Below are positions 47,193 to 59,272 of a DNA stretch of 64,000 bases, one piece after another. A program made the translations under genes and the position numbers. The stretch lies in the NCBI GenBank assembly GCA_020137815.1, contig CM035359.1:4836001-4900000 (forward strand), given 5' to 3'. Source of the DNA: Hormiphora californensis (lineage: Eukaryota > Animalia > Ctenophora). The notes under the pieces are model-generated. The model had not been told where the DNA came from. It did no database searches and was given only the letters and a program-made list of their open reading frames with translations. Positions within the stretch are counted from its first letter, which is position 1. Every line of letters starts with the position of its first letter.

Positions 47193-48354
47193 TGAGAATG
47201 AGAGAAAGAAATAGGAAGGCGAAAAAGACGATGACCACAAAATGAACACTAATAGAAAATAATAGTGTCGTACCCCTGTCGTACCGGTTTGGCACGTACC
47301 GCGGTGATAGAGCCAATTTACAAAGACGAAGATATGCGGTCAAGACAGTGTAATTGGATGTTTCGACAGATATCTCGACAATTTAAAGCTCACCGTTATA
47401 ATTGATTGAAAATGACGTAATGTATAGGTAAAAATAAGCTTTATAGGGGGGAGGGGGGGGCAAAAAAGCAGATAAAAAAAGGGGGGTGGGGCAAAAAAGC
47501 CAGATCAAAAAAAGCAATGAAAAGCCATGAGAAGGCAACAGATCATCGATTAGGGTGCTTATTTATACAGTGCAAGAGAATGAAGAACAGCGCCATCTTT
47601 GCAATTTATGTTTACATATACCTATCCCACGTTTTGGCGGTGGTGATTAGGAGACTATAATTATGCTTTTTTTGATCTCGAGACACAAATCAATGCTGTT
47701 GTCATGGTTTTATGATAGAAATCAGGAGGAGAGAGGAATAGAACACCAGAAATCACAGAGAGAAATTCTCAGTAGAGAACAGAGGGTCACACACGAAAGT
47801 TAAATTAAAAGTAAAATTTTGATTTAAAACCCGTGCCACAACAGGCCGTTAAAATATTTCTCCCCCATTTGCCTAACGACGTAGACCAATTTCGCGCAGA
47901 TTTAACGGCGACGTGTAAATTTGATGTTCACAATACGCGACCAATTAATGCTCGCGTGAATCGTTAAAAGTAACTTATAAGGTAAAATAGCTTTTGGATG
48001 GGGGTGCAAAAAACGCCGATCAAAGTGTGGCGGGATTAAAATCAGAATAAATCTTAATTCTCAACGAGAACCGGACTTTTTGCAACCAAAGCCGGTGACA
48101 TTTACTGTACTGCAACTGAGTGATAATCTCACTCAGTCAGTGGTAAATGTCACAGGCTGTGGTTGCAAAAAGTCCGGTTCACAGAAACTGTAATGTAGTG
48201 CAGTAGTAGAATCAGGCATAATTATAATAAAAACTTGTCGAGATTGTCGTCATACCGGTATTTCAAATGAACCGGAAACATGATTATATATTTGTATATT
48301 TAGTATGTTTCTGGTATGAATAGTAGTACAACGTCCACCCAAACTTTCTATAAA

Positions 48355-48482
48355 TATAGTCGGACCCCGATTTAACGGCAGGATAATCTTCCCCCGATAT
48401 AGGAAATTAACAGTATTTGACCCCGATTTAGCGGACAAAACCCTTCCCCCCGAGGGTGCCGTTAAATCGGGGTCCGACTGTA
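48355..48482. mobile_element. CAGTCGGACCCCGATTTA-family MITE
   Basis: TIR AGTCGGACCCCGATTTAACGGCA / TGCCGTTAAATCGGGGTCCGACT. Confidence 0.8.
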
Positions 48483-51447
48483 GCTAACTCATCTACTGTT
48501 ACTACTATTATATATGGTGTAATTGACTAATTTATTGACTCTATAATTACTCTACTGAAGATTTTATGTACTATGTATGGCCCTATTGTATTTCCCGTCA
48601 TATATAGGGCCCTAATGATCTAATTTACGCTGTCCAAAGTCGAGTTTATTGAGTAAGGGCACGGCCAAGGTGGGATGTAGTACTGATTTGAAATAAACGA
48701 TTAGCTTGCCAATTCCGTACTGCACAATACGGAATTGGTAATTGGCACAACACACTCAGTCTCACACAGCTATCATGGACCACATATAACGCACGTTTTC
48801 AGTAGCAGGACGTATGTTGCCAGTACTGCAGTACATGAGCCAATTTGTGTATCTGCCAAGATAAAACAATTACAAAAACTGTACGCGTACGATATAGTCG
48901 ACAGTTACTAACACGTACATTAAAAATTGTTCTACAATAGATATAGGACTGAAAATTTCTGTGAAATCCATCAACTCAAAATTTTGTGGGCCGGGGTATG
49001 ATATGTCACATACGGCCCATAATATTTTGAGTTGAACTTAAATTGGCCAATTATAATACTGGTGACAATTTAATGAGCGTTTATATAGGCCTTCTCGCGG
49101 CCTATCTCAAAATTACAGTGGGGGTCGGATAACCCGCAACGGTTGCCAGGCAACCGGAAACAGTGTCCGCACTTGTTATGTTCTACACACAGTGTCCGGG
49201 TTTGCTCGTTCCAGCTCTGTTCAGGATGAATTACTGAACTTTACGGAACAGCCGGTGGTTTTATTTCGACTTCCATGTGTAGAAACACGGAAACGAAATA
49301 CACTAAACCCAGAAGTTTAACAAATATATTTTCACGTTCCATTTCGTGTCACGCAGCGGTGGGAAGTGAAGCATGAAGGGAACCTAGCACTACAGAGCTG
49401 TGTTTTCTACCACACATGCAATATGTGTACATATTGGCTTTGGTGGTGGTTGAGGTTATGTTTTCATAATTCACTTCCGGCTGCTTTATGTGAATAGAGC
49501 CGAAAGTGAACTATGAAAACAGAACCCCAGCCACTGCCAAAGCCAATACCGATTCTAGCTTTCGCCTTTATTCAGATAAACTTTATGCGAATAAAGGCGA
49601 AAGCTAGAATCTGTATTGGAATTGGACGAATAAAGTGGAGGGCAAAAATAACAGCTGCACTCTGTAGGGGTAAATACAATTTGTCCATCACTGTTACATC
49701 AGCGAACCGAGTTTTAAAATGATGAATGAACCAAGGGCGATGAATTGTTGGAGAGGATTGAATCTTATGAACTCTGAAAACTAAAAACTCGAGTTATTTT
49801 AAAACTGTTGGATCACATCGACTTCGCTACATAATAAAATTAAAAGATGCTCTCATGAATGTCTTATGTCATTTTCACCTTGCATCAGTCATCAGTCATT
49901 AGTCAGTCCTGCCAGCTGTTTTGAGCGGAGCTAGAAGATCGGTCCGGCAATGGCATCGCCAACATCAGTCTCGCTCAAACGCAAACAAATACCTCTCCGT
50001 CGCTTTGCATTGTTTCACTTTTATTCTCCCTGAATCGGTTCGAGCCCAACAGTACTTTGAGTTTCCATGCCTCACCCTACTACCCAGAAAATTCTGTCTG
50101 AATGAACCAGGGGCACATGGTTTCTGAACCAAATTGTAATAAGAATCCCGTCCCAGACACTTCCCCTTGTATTTCACTCCGAATGTGCTATCTTGACAAA
50201 AGACAGTCGAGGAGTCACTACATTTGTCCGTACACGGTGGTGAACTTCACACCTATCAGCCTCGGGGCAGACTGCAGTGTCCAGTTATACCCTGGACGAG
50301 ATCAGAGAGGGTAATAATGTGTTATATATGCATGGTATCAGCCGTATATAATGATTCATATTATGAGTAAAACGATCGCATTGGGATATATTGAAACGTT
50401 GCCACAGATTTGTATTTATCTGTCTGGCATCTCTCGCACACTTTGCTCAGATAGGAGACCGGTCAATATACCTGATGTTTAATCTGATTGCAGACGGCTC
50501 CCAGAACCGGCTTGTTCTGCAAGGATATTATAACAAGCAGGAGAACTAACCAACACATAATAATAACAGAGAGTGAAACTAGTGAAACGAGGGAAAAGTC
50601 TCCACATGTATGTGACATGCCACAATTTATAAGATTGTAACAAGCTTTAAATAATAACCATGTAGACGCAGCTTATAACCATAATTGATGGACGGGGAGG
50701 GTCGAGGGATCATGGAACTGATATCTGATGAGAACCAAAACCATGATATCCGGTATCCTAACCGAACACAAACCGGTTTCCAGTTTTGAACAAAACCGAA
50801 CCGATCAGTTAAAGGGGCGAGGGTGTCATGGTATGCAATTTGTAAATTTCTGCTAGACGAATCTCAGTCCCAATCTGATCACATAAGTCCGAAGTCCAGT
50901 AACAAAAGTTGCCGTTAAAAACTCTCAAAACATGCCATTGCAAATTTACCAAATTTTCATAAAAAGTTACACGTGACACTCCCTCCCCTTTATTTGACTA
51001 AATTTGTCAAACACGCGAATTTGTCAAAACTTTAAACTGTAAAATAGATTACACATATGCACCAAGTTTTCCAAAATCCAGGCTTACATTTATCACACTA
51101 CTACAAACGTATATAGTGCCTGGCCTATTTAATCCCGGTACGAGAAAAGAGGACAGACACTGCCTGAAGATACAATATCACGCAAAACATGATTTGATAA
51201 TATCTCAACGCTTTGGTCCAATAAGTTGGTAAATCAACCGATTATACTAGTACCTGCTTAGTACTCTTATTATTATACTCACCCAGACAGTAAAAAAGGG
51301 TGTAAATTGTTCATACACGACAAAGATTGAAGGATACGAACTGTACAAGATTAGAGGTTTAAGGTTTAAGTCCAATCCAGATGAGCTTCATACTACCGAT
51401 CAATAAATTATTTCTTAACGCTCACAAGTGGAATCTTCAAAACTCAA

Positions 51448-53753
51448 TTACGCCCCTGAAAAGAGAGAATAGGTTAGTGAATCAGTTTATCAACTGCCTT
51501 CAATCGAGCACATCGAAAGTGAAATCGTGTGTCCTCCGACTATGAAGAATACACTTACCAGATAGTGCTGATGGTGCTTCGTCAGGAATAGGATCAATCA
51601 CTTCTTTTGCTACTACCTCAGGTTCAGGAGCGGCTACCTCAGGTTCAGGAGCGGCTACCTCAGGTTCAGGAGCGGCTACCTCAGGTTCAGGAACGGCTAC
51701 CTCAGGTTCAACAGCGGCTACCTCTGGTTCAGCGGCTACCTCTGGTTCAACAGCGGCTACCTCGGGTTCAACAGCGGCTACCTCTGGTTCAGCAGCGGCT
51801 ACCTCTGGTTCAGCAGCGGCTACCTCGGGTTCTTCAACGATTCCGGGCTGATTTTCTGAAAGTAAGTTTTTTGAGCACGAAAGGATCGTTAAAATTTTTA
51901 TTTTGTATCGTTCGTGGAAAGCTTAGAAATTAGTACAGTCAGACGGACCTCGATTTACCGGACGAATAACAACCCACAGTTTGGCATGTGAAATTAAAAA
52001 CACGGTATTTACCGTTCTAATGAAACTCTTCCTCGCGCCAGTCCGGTAAATCAAGGCTTGACTGTCATACATTAATTTGATATTTCTTAGTAGAATTGTT
52101 ACTGACCTTGTAGTTCAGGTGTATCTACAGTTTCCGCAGCTGCCTCAACTACTTCTTCAACCTCGATCACGTCGAAACTTTCTTCCACGGCCGGGTCTAC
52201 TTCAGCGACGACCTCGGGCTCAGCGACGACTTCAACAACGACCTCAGGCTCAGCGACGACTTCAACAACGACCTCAGGCTCAGCAGCCACTTCAGCGACG
52301 ACCTCAGCGACGACCTCAGGCTCAGCGATGACCTCAGGCTCAACGAAGACCTCAGGCTCAGCGACGACTTCAGCAACCACTTCTGCTTCGACGACGATTT
52401 CTGGTTCAGCAACCACTTCAACGAAGACCTCGGGCTCAGCGACGACTTCGGCAACCACTTCTGCTTCGACGACGATTTCTGGTTCAGTAACCACTTCAAC
52501 GACGACCTCGGGCTCAGCGACGACTTCGACGACGACCTCGGGCTCAGCGACGACTTCGGCAACCACTTCTGCTTCGACGACAATTTCTGGCTCAGTAACC
52601 ACTTCAACGACGACCTCGGGCTCAGCGACGACTTCGACGACGACCTCGGGCTCAGCGACGACTTCAACGACCTCAGGCTCAGCAACGACGACCTCGGGCT
52701 CATCGACGACTTCAGCAACGACCTCGGGCTCAGCGACGACTTCAACGACCTCAGGGTCAGCAACGACAACCTCGGGCTCAGCAACCACTTCGGCGACGAC
52801 CTCTACTTCAGCAATTGCTTCTGGCTCAGCAACCGCCTCAACTTCCTCAACAGCATCGGAAGCAGATTCGGGTTCTGATATCGATGGCTCTTCTTCGCTT
52901 TCTTCTGATTCAGTTTCCTCTGCTGCAGGTTCCTCTACTTCTTGGTCAACTGCCTCTTCAGCTGCTTCGGATGCCGCTTCTGAAATGAGAATATAAATAT
53001 TATTACTAAATTCCGTTAGTATAGAAACCGAAATCATTTGTATAGCTGATACCACAGAAACAAAGTCGCCTAAATTATCATTATGGCTTGACTCTCTAGA
53101 ACATTAAAAAATACACATACCTCCTTCTTCACCTCCCTCTTCATCCTCCTCCTCCTCTTCTTCATCTTCAGCATCATCATCTACTATCTTGTTTCTCTCC
53201 TCCCTGATTTTATCCCAATCAATCTCACCAAACCGCGGTGCAAAAATGTCTACATAGTAGGCCCAAACTGAAATAGAAAAGAATAAGAAAACCACTGCAC
53301 CCACAAAACAACCATTTGAAAAGGATTTATTTTTGACGATTTTGGTTGATTAATAATCTGGCTGGTTAACTAATTTGCGATCAATTCACATACCAGATGT
53401 CACAGTGAAGACTCCAAGACCAAGGTAAAAGAATTTCTTCTGCTCAGCATATGGCCATGCATTCTCTCCCCACGGGTTCCGGGGCGGTCCGTTGTGAAAC
53501 AACCTAGGAAGGATTAGTTGAATTAACACGTTGAGAAATGATTATATTCCTAGAGCTAGGAGTTGGCTCCAGCCAGATCAAGCTCTTATCCCGTTCAAAC
53601 AATGCAGGATATAATTAACTCAGCACTGACCATGATATCTTATGAATAATTTAAATACCCATTATACCTTTTTGGGGTGGACGCCTCTTGGCGGGTACAC
53701 GTTTTCCGGAAACCAGAATTTGCAAATCTCCTACAAACTCGGAGAGATGCCAT
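51448..53753 (-). CDS. Uncharacterised ~506-aa protein: basic N-terminal presequence, one TM helix, long Glu/Val/Ala/Pro repeat tail
   Basis: Exons 53753-53668, 53503-53394, 53267-53121, 52979-52107, 51855-51559, 51455-51448 join in phase. [17 protein letters not shown]...; [19 protein letters not shown]; [10 protein letters not shown] repeats. Confidence 0.75.
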
Positions 53754-54393
53754 GGCCACTATTAAAGAAAGGTATTTAGGTGTTAGGGATTGTTAAATGT
53801 GCTTGTTAATAACGGTAAAACCTCAAAATAACTTGTTTTGTGCATGGGGAGAAAGAGTTGAGCAAAGCAAGAAATTACGGATGAGCTGACAAGCAGATTT
53901 GCTGTTATATCGGGGAACAATGGACATTGGACATACATTTTATGCCGTTAAATCGAGGTTTTGTGGAAGAACAAAGGGAAATAAAATCAATTTCCTAACA
54001 AAAAGCATCGATTATATATAAATAAATAAACAGAAACGGTAGAAACATCTCTCATAACATAGCAGAAAGAACGAAAGAGAAGAGCTGAGGGAAGAAAAAA
54101 TAACACGTACAATGAATGTGAGCAGAGAGTTGCATAATTATCCGTGTCCTGCATTATGTTACACACTCATCAGTATAAAATATGATACCCCCTCTTATAG
54201 GCTCCACTGCTACTGCTACTGCGTTCTCTCTCAATCTCCCTATCCTGCTATCTCTTTTTTTCCTTCTCTCTCTCACACACAAACAGTCACATTCACAAAA
54301 ATTGTCATTTGTCCCATTAAAAACACTGAGTATACCTCCACGCGATTTGTCACCTGTTATAACCAACTCTCCGTTCCATCTCCACGCGATTTG

Positions 54394-55466
54394 TCACCTG
54401 TTATAACCAACTCTTCGTTCCATCTGTCGTTGGAGCTCTTCAAAGTTTTCCTGGCGTCTATTGTTCTGCCTAATATTCCGGCGTTCTTCAGACTTCCAGA
54501 AAACACCTCCGACAACTGTAATGCAATGGGTTAACACGATGTTTCAAGTAAAGGGTGAGTACAAGTAACACGTACTGTGGGTTACGCACCAGTTACAGAT
54601 TGATACCCTGATATCAGGGGACCTTCCCTGATGGCCGGGCATGCGGGAGGGTCTGTGGGAACCATGCTGCATTGCTGCGCGTCAAGTAAATTGAATAGAA
54701 AGTAAAGCTGAACGTGCACGTCAGCACTCACTTTATTCCCAGCCATGCATCCATTGATGCCTGGGAACGAATCTGTAACTGGTCCCCTAGCTAAGGTACT
54801 TATTGAATCGGTGATTGAAATACAGTCGGACCCCGATTTAGGGACACCCTCGGGGGAAAGGCTCTTGTCCACTAAATCGGGGTGTCCACTAAATCGGGGT
54901 CAAATAAGGTTAATTTCCTATATCGGGAAAAAAATCCTGTCCCTAAATCGGGGTGCCACTAAATCGGGGGCCCCTAAATCGGGGTCCGACTGTACTATCG
55001 AATTAGGTAATGCCACATGTAGACACTGGTCAGTGGTCAATTGTCAATCTACACAGCACTCACCTAAGCTCCAAAACACAAAAGTAGCCAATCGTCTATT
55101 TTGGGCAGTTATGGCCTTCCTCATCCCTGCCCTTTCTGCCTCTTTCATATTCATCATTCCAATTTTTGGAGGCATCACCCAGTCTCCTGAAGAGGAACAT
55201 GTTCGGTTACATATTGATTGGGTTTTGATTTATTATATTATACGTGTATATTGTATAATTCGGTTTTATTTAGATTGTACCCAATCCTCATATATAACGT
55301 ATTTTAAGATGATTGGTGGATGGTGAAGTGAATGGAACTCAGTATGACACATCACAACTGCCTATCTTCCCGACTCACCGAATTTCCCGATTCCTTTTGC
55401 TAGTTTTGAAACAGCTGCATCGTAAGGCCGGTAAAGGAAGCCCGCTACCTTCGTTATATTCACCAT
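54394..55466 (-). CDS. Uncharacterised 110-aa single-TM protein with charged coiled-coil tail
   Basis: Exons 55466-55379, 55186-55064, 54515-54394 in phase: MVNITKVAGFLYRPY...RRLATFVFWSLVVGGVFWKSEERRNIRQNNRRQENFEELQRQMERRVGYNR*. Confidence 0.7.
54821..54994. mobile_element. CAGTCGGACCCCGATTTA-family MITE, TA flanks, intronic
   Basis: Perfect TIR TACAGTCGGACCCCGATTTAGGG / CCCTAAATCGGGGTCCGACTGTA. Confidence 0.85.
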
Positions 55467-55736
55467 CTATCAGGCACAACAACAACTAGCAGGAACCTTG
55501 TCTTAACTCACATGTTCTATGGAAGAGGTGGGTTAAGTTAGCAGCACAGCGAAATCACTGCCTTTGAGCAGACCTTTTCGAAAAATGTAATTCCAATAGA
55601 AAATAAATTTGGTTAATAAACCATTATCAGGCTTGATACCAGCAAACAATAAATTATAAAAACAAGTCAAGAATTTAAATACAGCTATCGTTAAAAAATA
55701 CTGAGTAGAGAAAAAAATATAACAGATCTAACTGTT

Positions 55737-58700
55737 TCAACCTTCCTCCAGCGACAGTTCAGCAATCATACCTGCGACCTTCTCCTCCCATCCATTCAAC
55801 CCAGCAATACGGACAATCTCTGCAGCTCCCTCCAGACTTGCCCTGTCTTTCCTCCTTAACATGACCAACACAGCCCGTTCTGGGTCCCCAACCGCTAGGT
55901 GACATTTCACCGCACTGTCAAGCTGCATTTCACGTTCCTGTTTACCGGCCCACAGTCGGTAGATCTCTGGGAGCTTGGGATGGGTGGGTGATAGTCGGAG
56001 TTTAGCTATCGCTATAGCCTCCCGGTAGCAGTCCTCCTTCACCAACATGTCTATGGCGGGGTGAACTTCGTTTAGCAGGAGCATGTACGTGGCAGCACTC
56101 ACAAAATCACGTGACTCTCTCAGCTGGGATACGTAGCAGGACACCGCCGCCCGATAGAGATCCCTCCCACATACCATAGCCGCGGCAGAGAGAAGAGTTT
56201 CTGTCACAGTGCGAGTTTCTATGGCCGTTGTCAGGGTGGTTGTTACGTCCCCACACCAGATGCCCAACATGGCCGCTTGGTGGTGGTGCTTCTCGAGGGT
56301 GTGTGTCGCCCGTTCGGTTGCCACTAGCGACAGAAACGATTCTCGGGAGGAGTATAGACCTGTCACAACCGGTTCAGTCGTGTTTTCATCCTCATTTGTT
56401 TCGTATAGCTCCTTTGCGAGGGTGATAATTTGCGACATCTGTTCAGCTTTACCGGAATGATCTACTCTCGCAGTCAATGGCAGCAGAGATCTTCCCCTGT
56501 TCGTTCTCTTTTTCCGGGAATCACTCAGCACAATAGTTTCCTCGGGCTCCTGATCCTGAGTAGACACTGGTTCTACAGAGATCACCTGTCCTCCATTTTC
56601 CTCAACTGGAACTGCAACTGGTCGAGGATCTGAAGGTACCGGTGCAGGTTTCCTCCATGTTGTGCTATCTGAGTTCTTGACCTGAACTTTCTTCTTTTTC
56701 TTCTTCCCGCCACCCCCTCTTGTTGCGTTCCTCCCTGGTGCCAGTGGATTAGTTTCGGGAGGAGTTTTAAGCTCACATTTGTCCATGTCCCAAGACCGGA
56801 CAGTAAACTCATCGCTTCCAGAATATAGAGTGCTAATGTCAGTGTGACTCCAAGTAACACTAAAAACACGACCTACATGGCCTCGATAACTCGCAATTCC
56901 TTCTCCCGTCTCGACATCCCAAACTTGAGCAGTGCCGTCATAGCAGCTAGACACCACCTGTTTTGGGAGGTGGGGATTCCATGATACGTCTGTAATCCGA
57001 GCTGTGTGTCCAGTGAGCGTTTGGTGGGCCTTTAGCACGGGGGTCTGGTCCGTTGATGGGGTAACATTGTGGATACATATCGTGTTGTCGTCACTGCACG
57101 AGGCGAGGAGTTGCTGTTCACCACTCTGCTGCTGTTCATCACCACCCAACTGAACCATGGTCTCTTCGCCGTGGTACCAGGTCAGTTTGTTGATTATTCT
57201 GGTGTGGTACTGATACACTGCAATTTGAGTTAAGTTCGGTGCTCGGAACACCTCAATACACCCCGTATTACAACCAACAGCCAGCAGGGTCTTGGACCAA
57301 TCAGCGGCCGTTCTCCCCGGGGGCAGGGACTTGTACTTGTTCTCCGCTGCCAGGTATGAGTTAACATTAACGGCCGCCTTGGACAGCTCCTTGTGTCGGT
57401 GGCACAAGATGGTCCCTTCCCCACCACAGGAGTAGAGGCCTCTCTTCAGTGGATCGTCGGGGAACTTGGTGGGCATGTAACCCCAGGAAAGGGCATACAC
57501 TGACTTCTCGTGGTAGGTCGAAGAAATGTGGGTTGAATCGCTGTTCACATCGTATATCCCAACACGTCCTTCTTCCGTCCCAAAAGCAAGGATATGCTCC
57601 TTTTCCGGGTGCCATCTGACCACCATAACCTTGGTCCGGACACCGTTCCAGATCTGGTGGACCTTGTTCTGTTCCGGCCACCATAAGCGCATCATGTTGT
57701 CACCCGTTCCCACGGCGATCCTGTTCGGTGCTAGGGGGGAAATATCGAGGGAGTAAGCAAAACCACCCAGACCGTGAGCCAGATGAGCAACCTCGCCTTT
57801 CCTCCAGAGAACTAGTTGCCTGTCCATTCCTGTACTTAGAAAAGAGTCCTCCGAAACGGGACAAAGACAGAAAAGTTTCTTGGTGTGGGGGTTGGTAGTC
57901 CTTGGATTCCACTTTAACTCCATAATACCCTCCTCTTCATCCCCCTGCTCCTCCAAGATCGCTACGTCACCCGTGGAGGATGCACTGACCAGATTTCCAC
58001 CGCACCACACTACCGCCAACCACGGTTGTTCCTTGGAAAGCGTTGTTTCCCTGTTTTTGAAACGGGACGGCACGGGCAGGGTGCGAAGAGGTTTGGCAGT
58101 CACTCCGTCCCATAACTTGACGGACTTGTCCCGGGAGACAGAGGCCAGCATATCATGGTAATGGGAGGTATCTGGGAGAGAGGTGTAGGAAGGAGCTGTT
58201 ATTGGCCAGTGAACACGGAAAATGTCGCTGTCGTGGCCTTTGAGAGAATGAAGGAAGGAAAGCTTTCCACCCGATAGGAGCATAATGTTTATAGTTCCCA
58301 TTCGATAGCCCACTGCCAAATATGGACTGACCTCATGATGAGAGAAGGAAGTAGTCATAATCTTCTCAGCAACAGGTTGGTACCTCACCACACTACTCTT
58401 TCCTGTCTCGCTCCACAAACAAAGGAAACCCTTGTCATCACCACTCACGAGGACATTTCGGACGCTTGCCAGGGCGGTAATTCCGGGACCTCCCCCAGAT
58501 AACAGAGTGTCTACACACTCTCCTGTGTGGACATTCCACAGCATCACGTTTCCACCGTCACAACCTGACGCGACCAAGGAACCATCCTCCCCCACAAACA
58601 CTACTGCTGTAACTCTCTTAGGATGGCCAGTTAGGATCCTCACGGGGGCCAGCGAGGCGGAGGACAGGATTTGAACCATATTTCGGGCACCATATGCTAT

Positions 58701-58811
58701 GAGATCACGCGATGCTGCGATGATGTGCGACTGATACCAGTTAGGGGCTGTGTATAATGTTTTACATTGAATTTCAGTTGTTGTTTCGGTTTCATCCTCG
58801 CCTCCCAACAT
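55737..58811 (-). CDS. GEMIN5: Gem-associated protein 5 (WD40 double propeller plus TPR-like region), intronless, 1024 aa
   Basis: N-terminal APNWY motif; GLGGFAYSL, WHP.KE..LAFGTEEGRVG, YRGHVGR; C-terminal AATYMLL..YREAIAIAKLRL. Confidence 0.88.
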   Translation of the reverse strand: MLGGEDETETTTEIQCKTLYTAPNWYQSHIIAASRDLIAYGARNMVQILSSASLAPVRILTGHPKRVTAVVFVGEDGSLVASGCDGGNVMLWNVHTGECVDTLLSGGGPGITALASVRNVLVSGDDKGFLCLWSETGKSSVVRYQPVAEKIMTTSFSHHEVSPYLAVGYRMGTINIMLLSGGKLSFLHSLKGHDSDIFRVHWPITAPSYTSLPDTSHYHDMLASVSRDKSVKLWDGVTAKPLRTLPVPSRFKNRETTLSKEQPWLAVVWCGGNLVSASSTGDVAILEEQGDEEEGIMELKWNPRTTNPHTKKLFCLCPVSEDSFLSTGMDRQLVLWRKGEVAHLAHGLGGFAYSLDISPLAPNRIAVGTGDNMMRLWWPEQNKVHQIWNGVRTKVMVVRWHPEKEHILAFGTEEGRVGIYDVNSDSTHISSTYHEKSVYALSWGYMPTKFPDDPLKRGLYSCGGEGTILCHRHKELSKAAVNVNSYLAAENKYKSLPPGRTAADWSKTLLAVGCNTGCIEVFRAPNLTQIAVYQYHTRIINKLTWYHGEETMVQLGGDEQQQSGEQQLLASCSDDNTICIHNVTPSTDQTPVLKAHQTLTGHTARITDVSWNPHLPKQVVSSCYDGTAQVWDVETGEGIASYRGHVGRVFSVTWSHTDISTLYSGSDEFTVRSWDMDKCELKTPPETNPLAPGRNATRGGGGKKKKKKVQVKNSDSTTWRKPAPVPSDPRPVAVPVEENGGQVISVEPVSTQDQEPEETIVLSDSRKKRTNRGRSLLPLTARVDHSGKAEQMSQIITLAKELYETNEDENTTEPVVTGLYSSRESFLSLVATERATHTLEKHHHQAAMLGIWCGDVTTTLTTAIETRTVTETLLSAAAMVCGRDLYRAAVSCYVSQLRESRDFVSAATYMLLLNEVHPAIDMLVKEDCYREAIAIAKLRLSPTHPKLPEIYRLWAGKQEREMQLDSAVKCHLAVGDPERAVLVMLRRKDRASLEGAAEIVRIAGLNGWEEKVAGMIAELSLEEG

Positions 58812-59105
58812 TACTAGCTATAACAGGGGATAGGAGATGAGAGGGTTGTAGATTTACTAGCTATAGGATAGGAGATGAGAGGGTTGTAGATTTACTAGCT
58901 ATAACAGGGGATAGGAGATGAGAGGGTTGTAGATTTACTAGCTATAGGATAGGAGATGAGAGGGATGTAGATTTACAAGCTATATAACAGGGGGATAAAG
59001 AGATGAGAGGATTATTATAGCACTATAACAGGGGGATAGGAGATGAGAGGGATGTAGATTTACAAGCTATAACAGGGGGATAGGGATGAGATAAGGGGGG
59101 TGTAG
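58812..59105 (-). repeat. 38/43-bp minisatellite immediately 5' of the Gemin5 ATG; units end in a pyrimidine tract plus TATAG
   Basis: Minus-strand unit CTAGTAAATCTACAACCCTCTCATCTCCTATCCCCTGTTATAG. Confidence 0.9.
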
Positions 59106-59272
59106 ATAAATTGTTAGCTCAGACGAAAAACCATTTAAATATTAAACGTGAGTACAACACTGTCACATAGACAATAAAATATATTGCAAATATATAGCGA
59201 CATTTGAGCATTCCACCAGCTAACAATTACACCAGCTAACAATTACACCCGTTACAATGTGACGAGAATCAG

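Noticed and set aside
48069-49625. Hairpins at 48069-48180 and ~49545-49620 as structured RNA genes
   Set aside because: Simple palindromes like the many MITE remnants here; no tRNA, snRNA or rRNA signatures
49921-50550. Possible small two-exon gene (ORF 50102-50314 with acceptor near 50493)
   Set aside because: Splice signals are plausible but there is no homology or other support, so it is not called
52197-52996. Mucin-like TTSGSA ORF on + and the [13 protein letters not shown]
   Set aside because: Antisense and alternative-frame shadows of the splice-bounded acidic exon on the minus strand
54745-55326. 193-aa plus-strand ORF
   Set aside because: Runs through a MITE and antisense to a spliced exon; no recognisable domain
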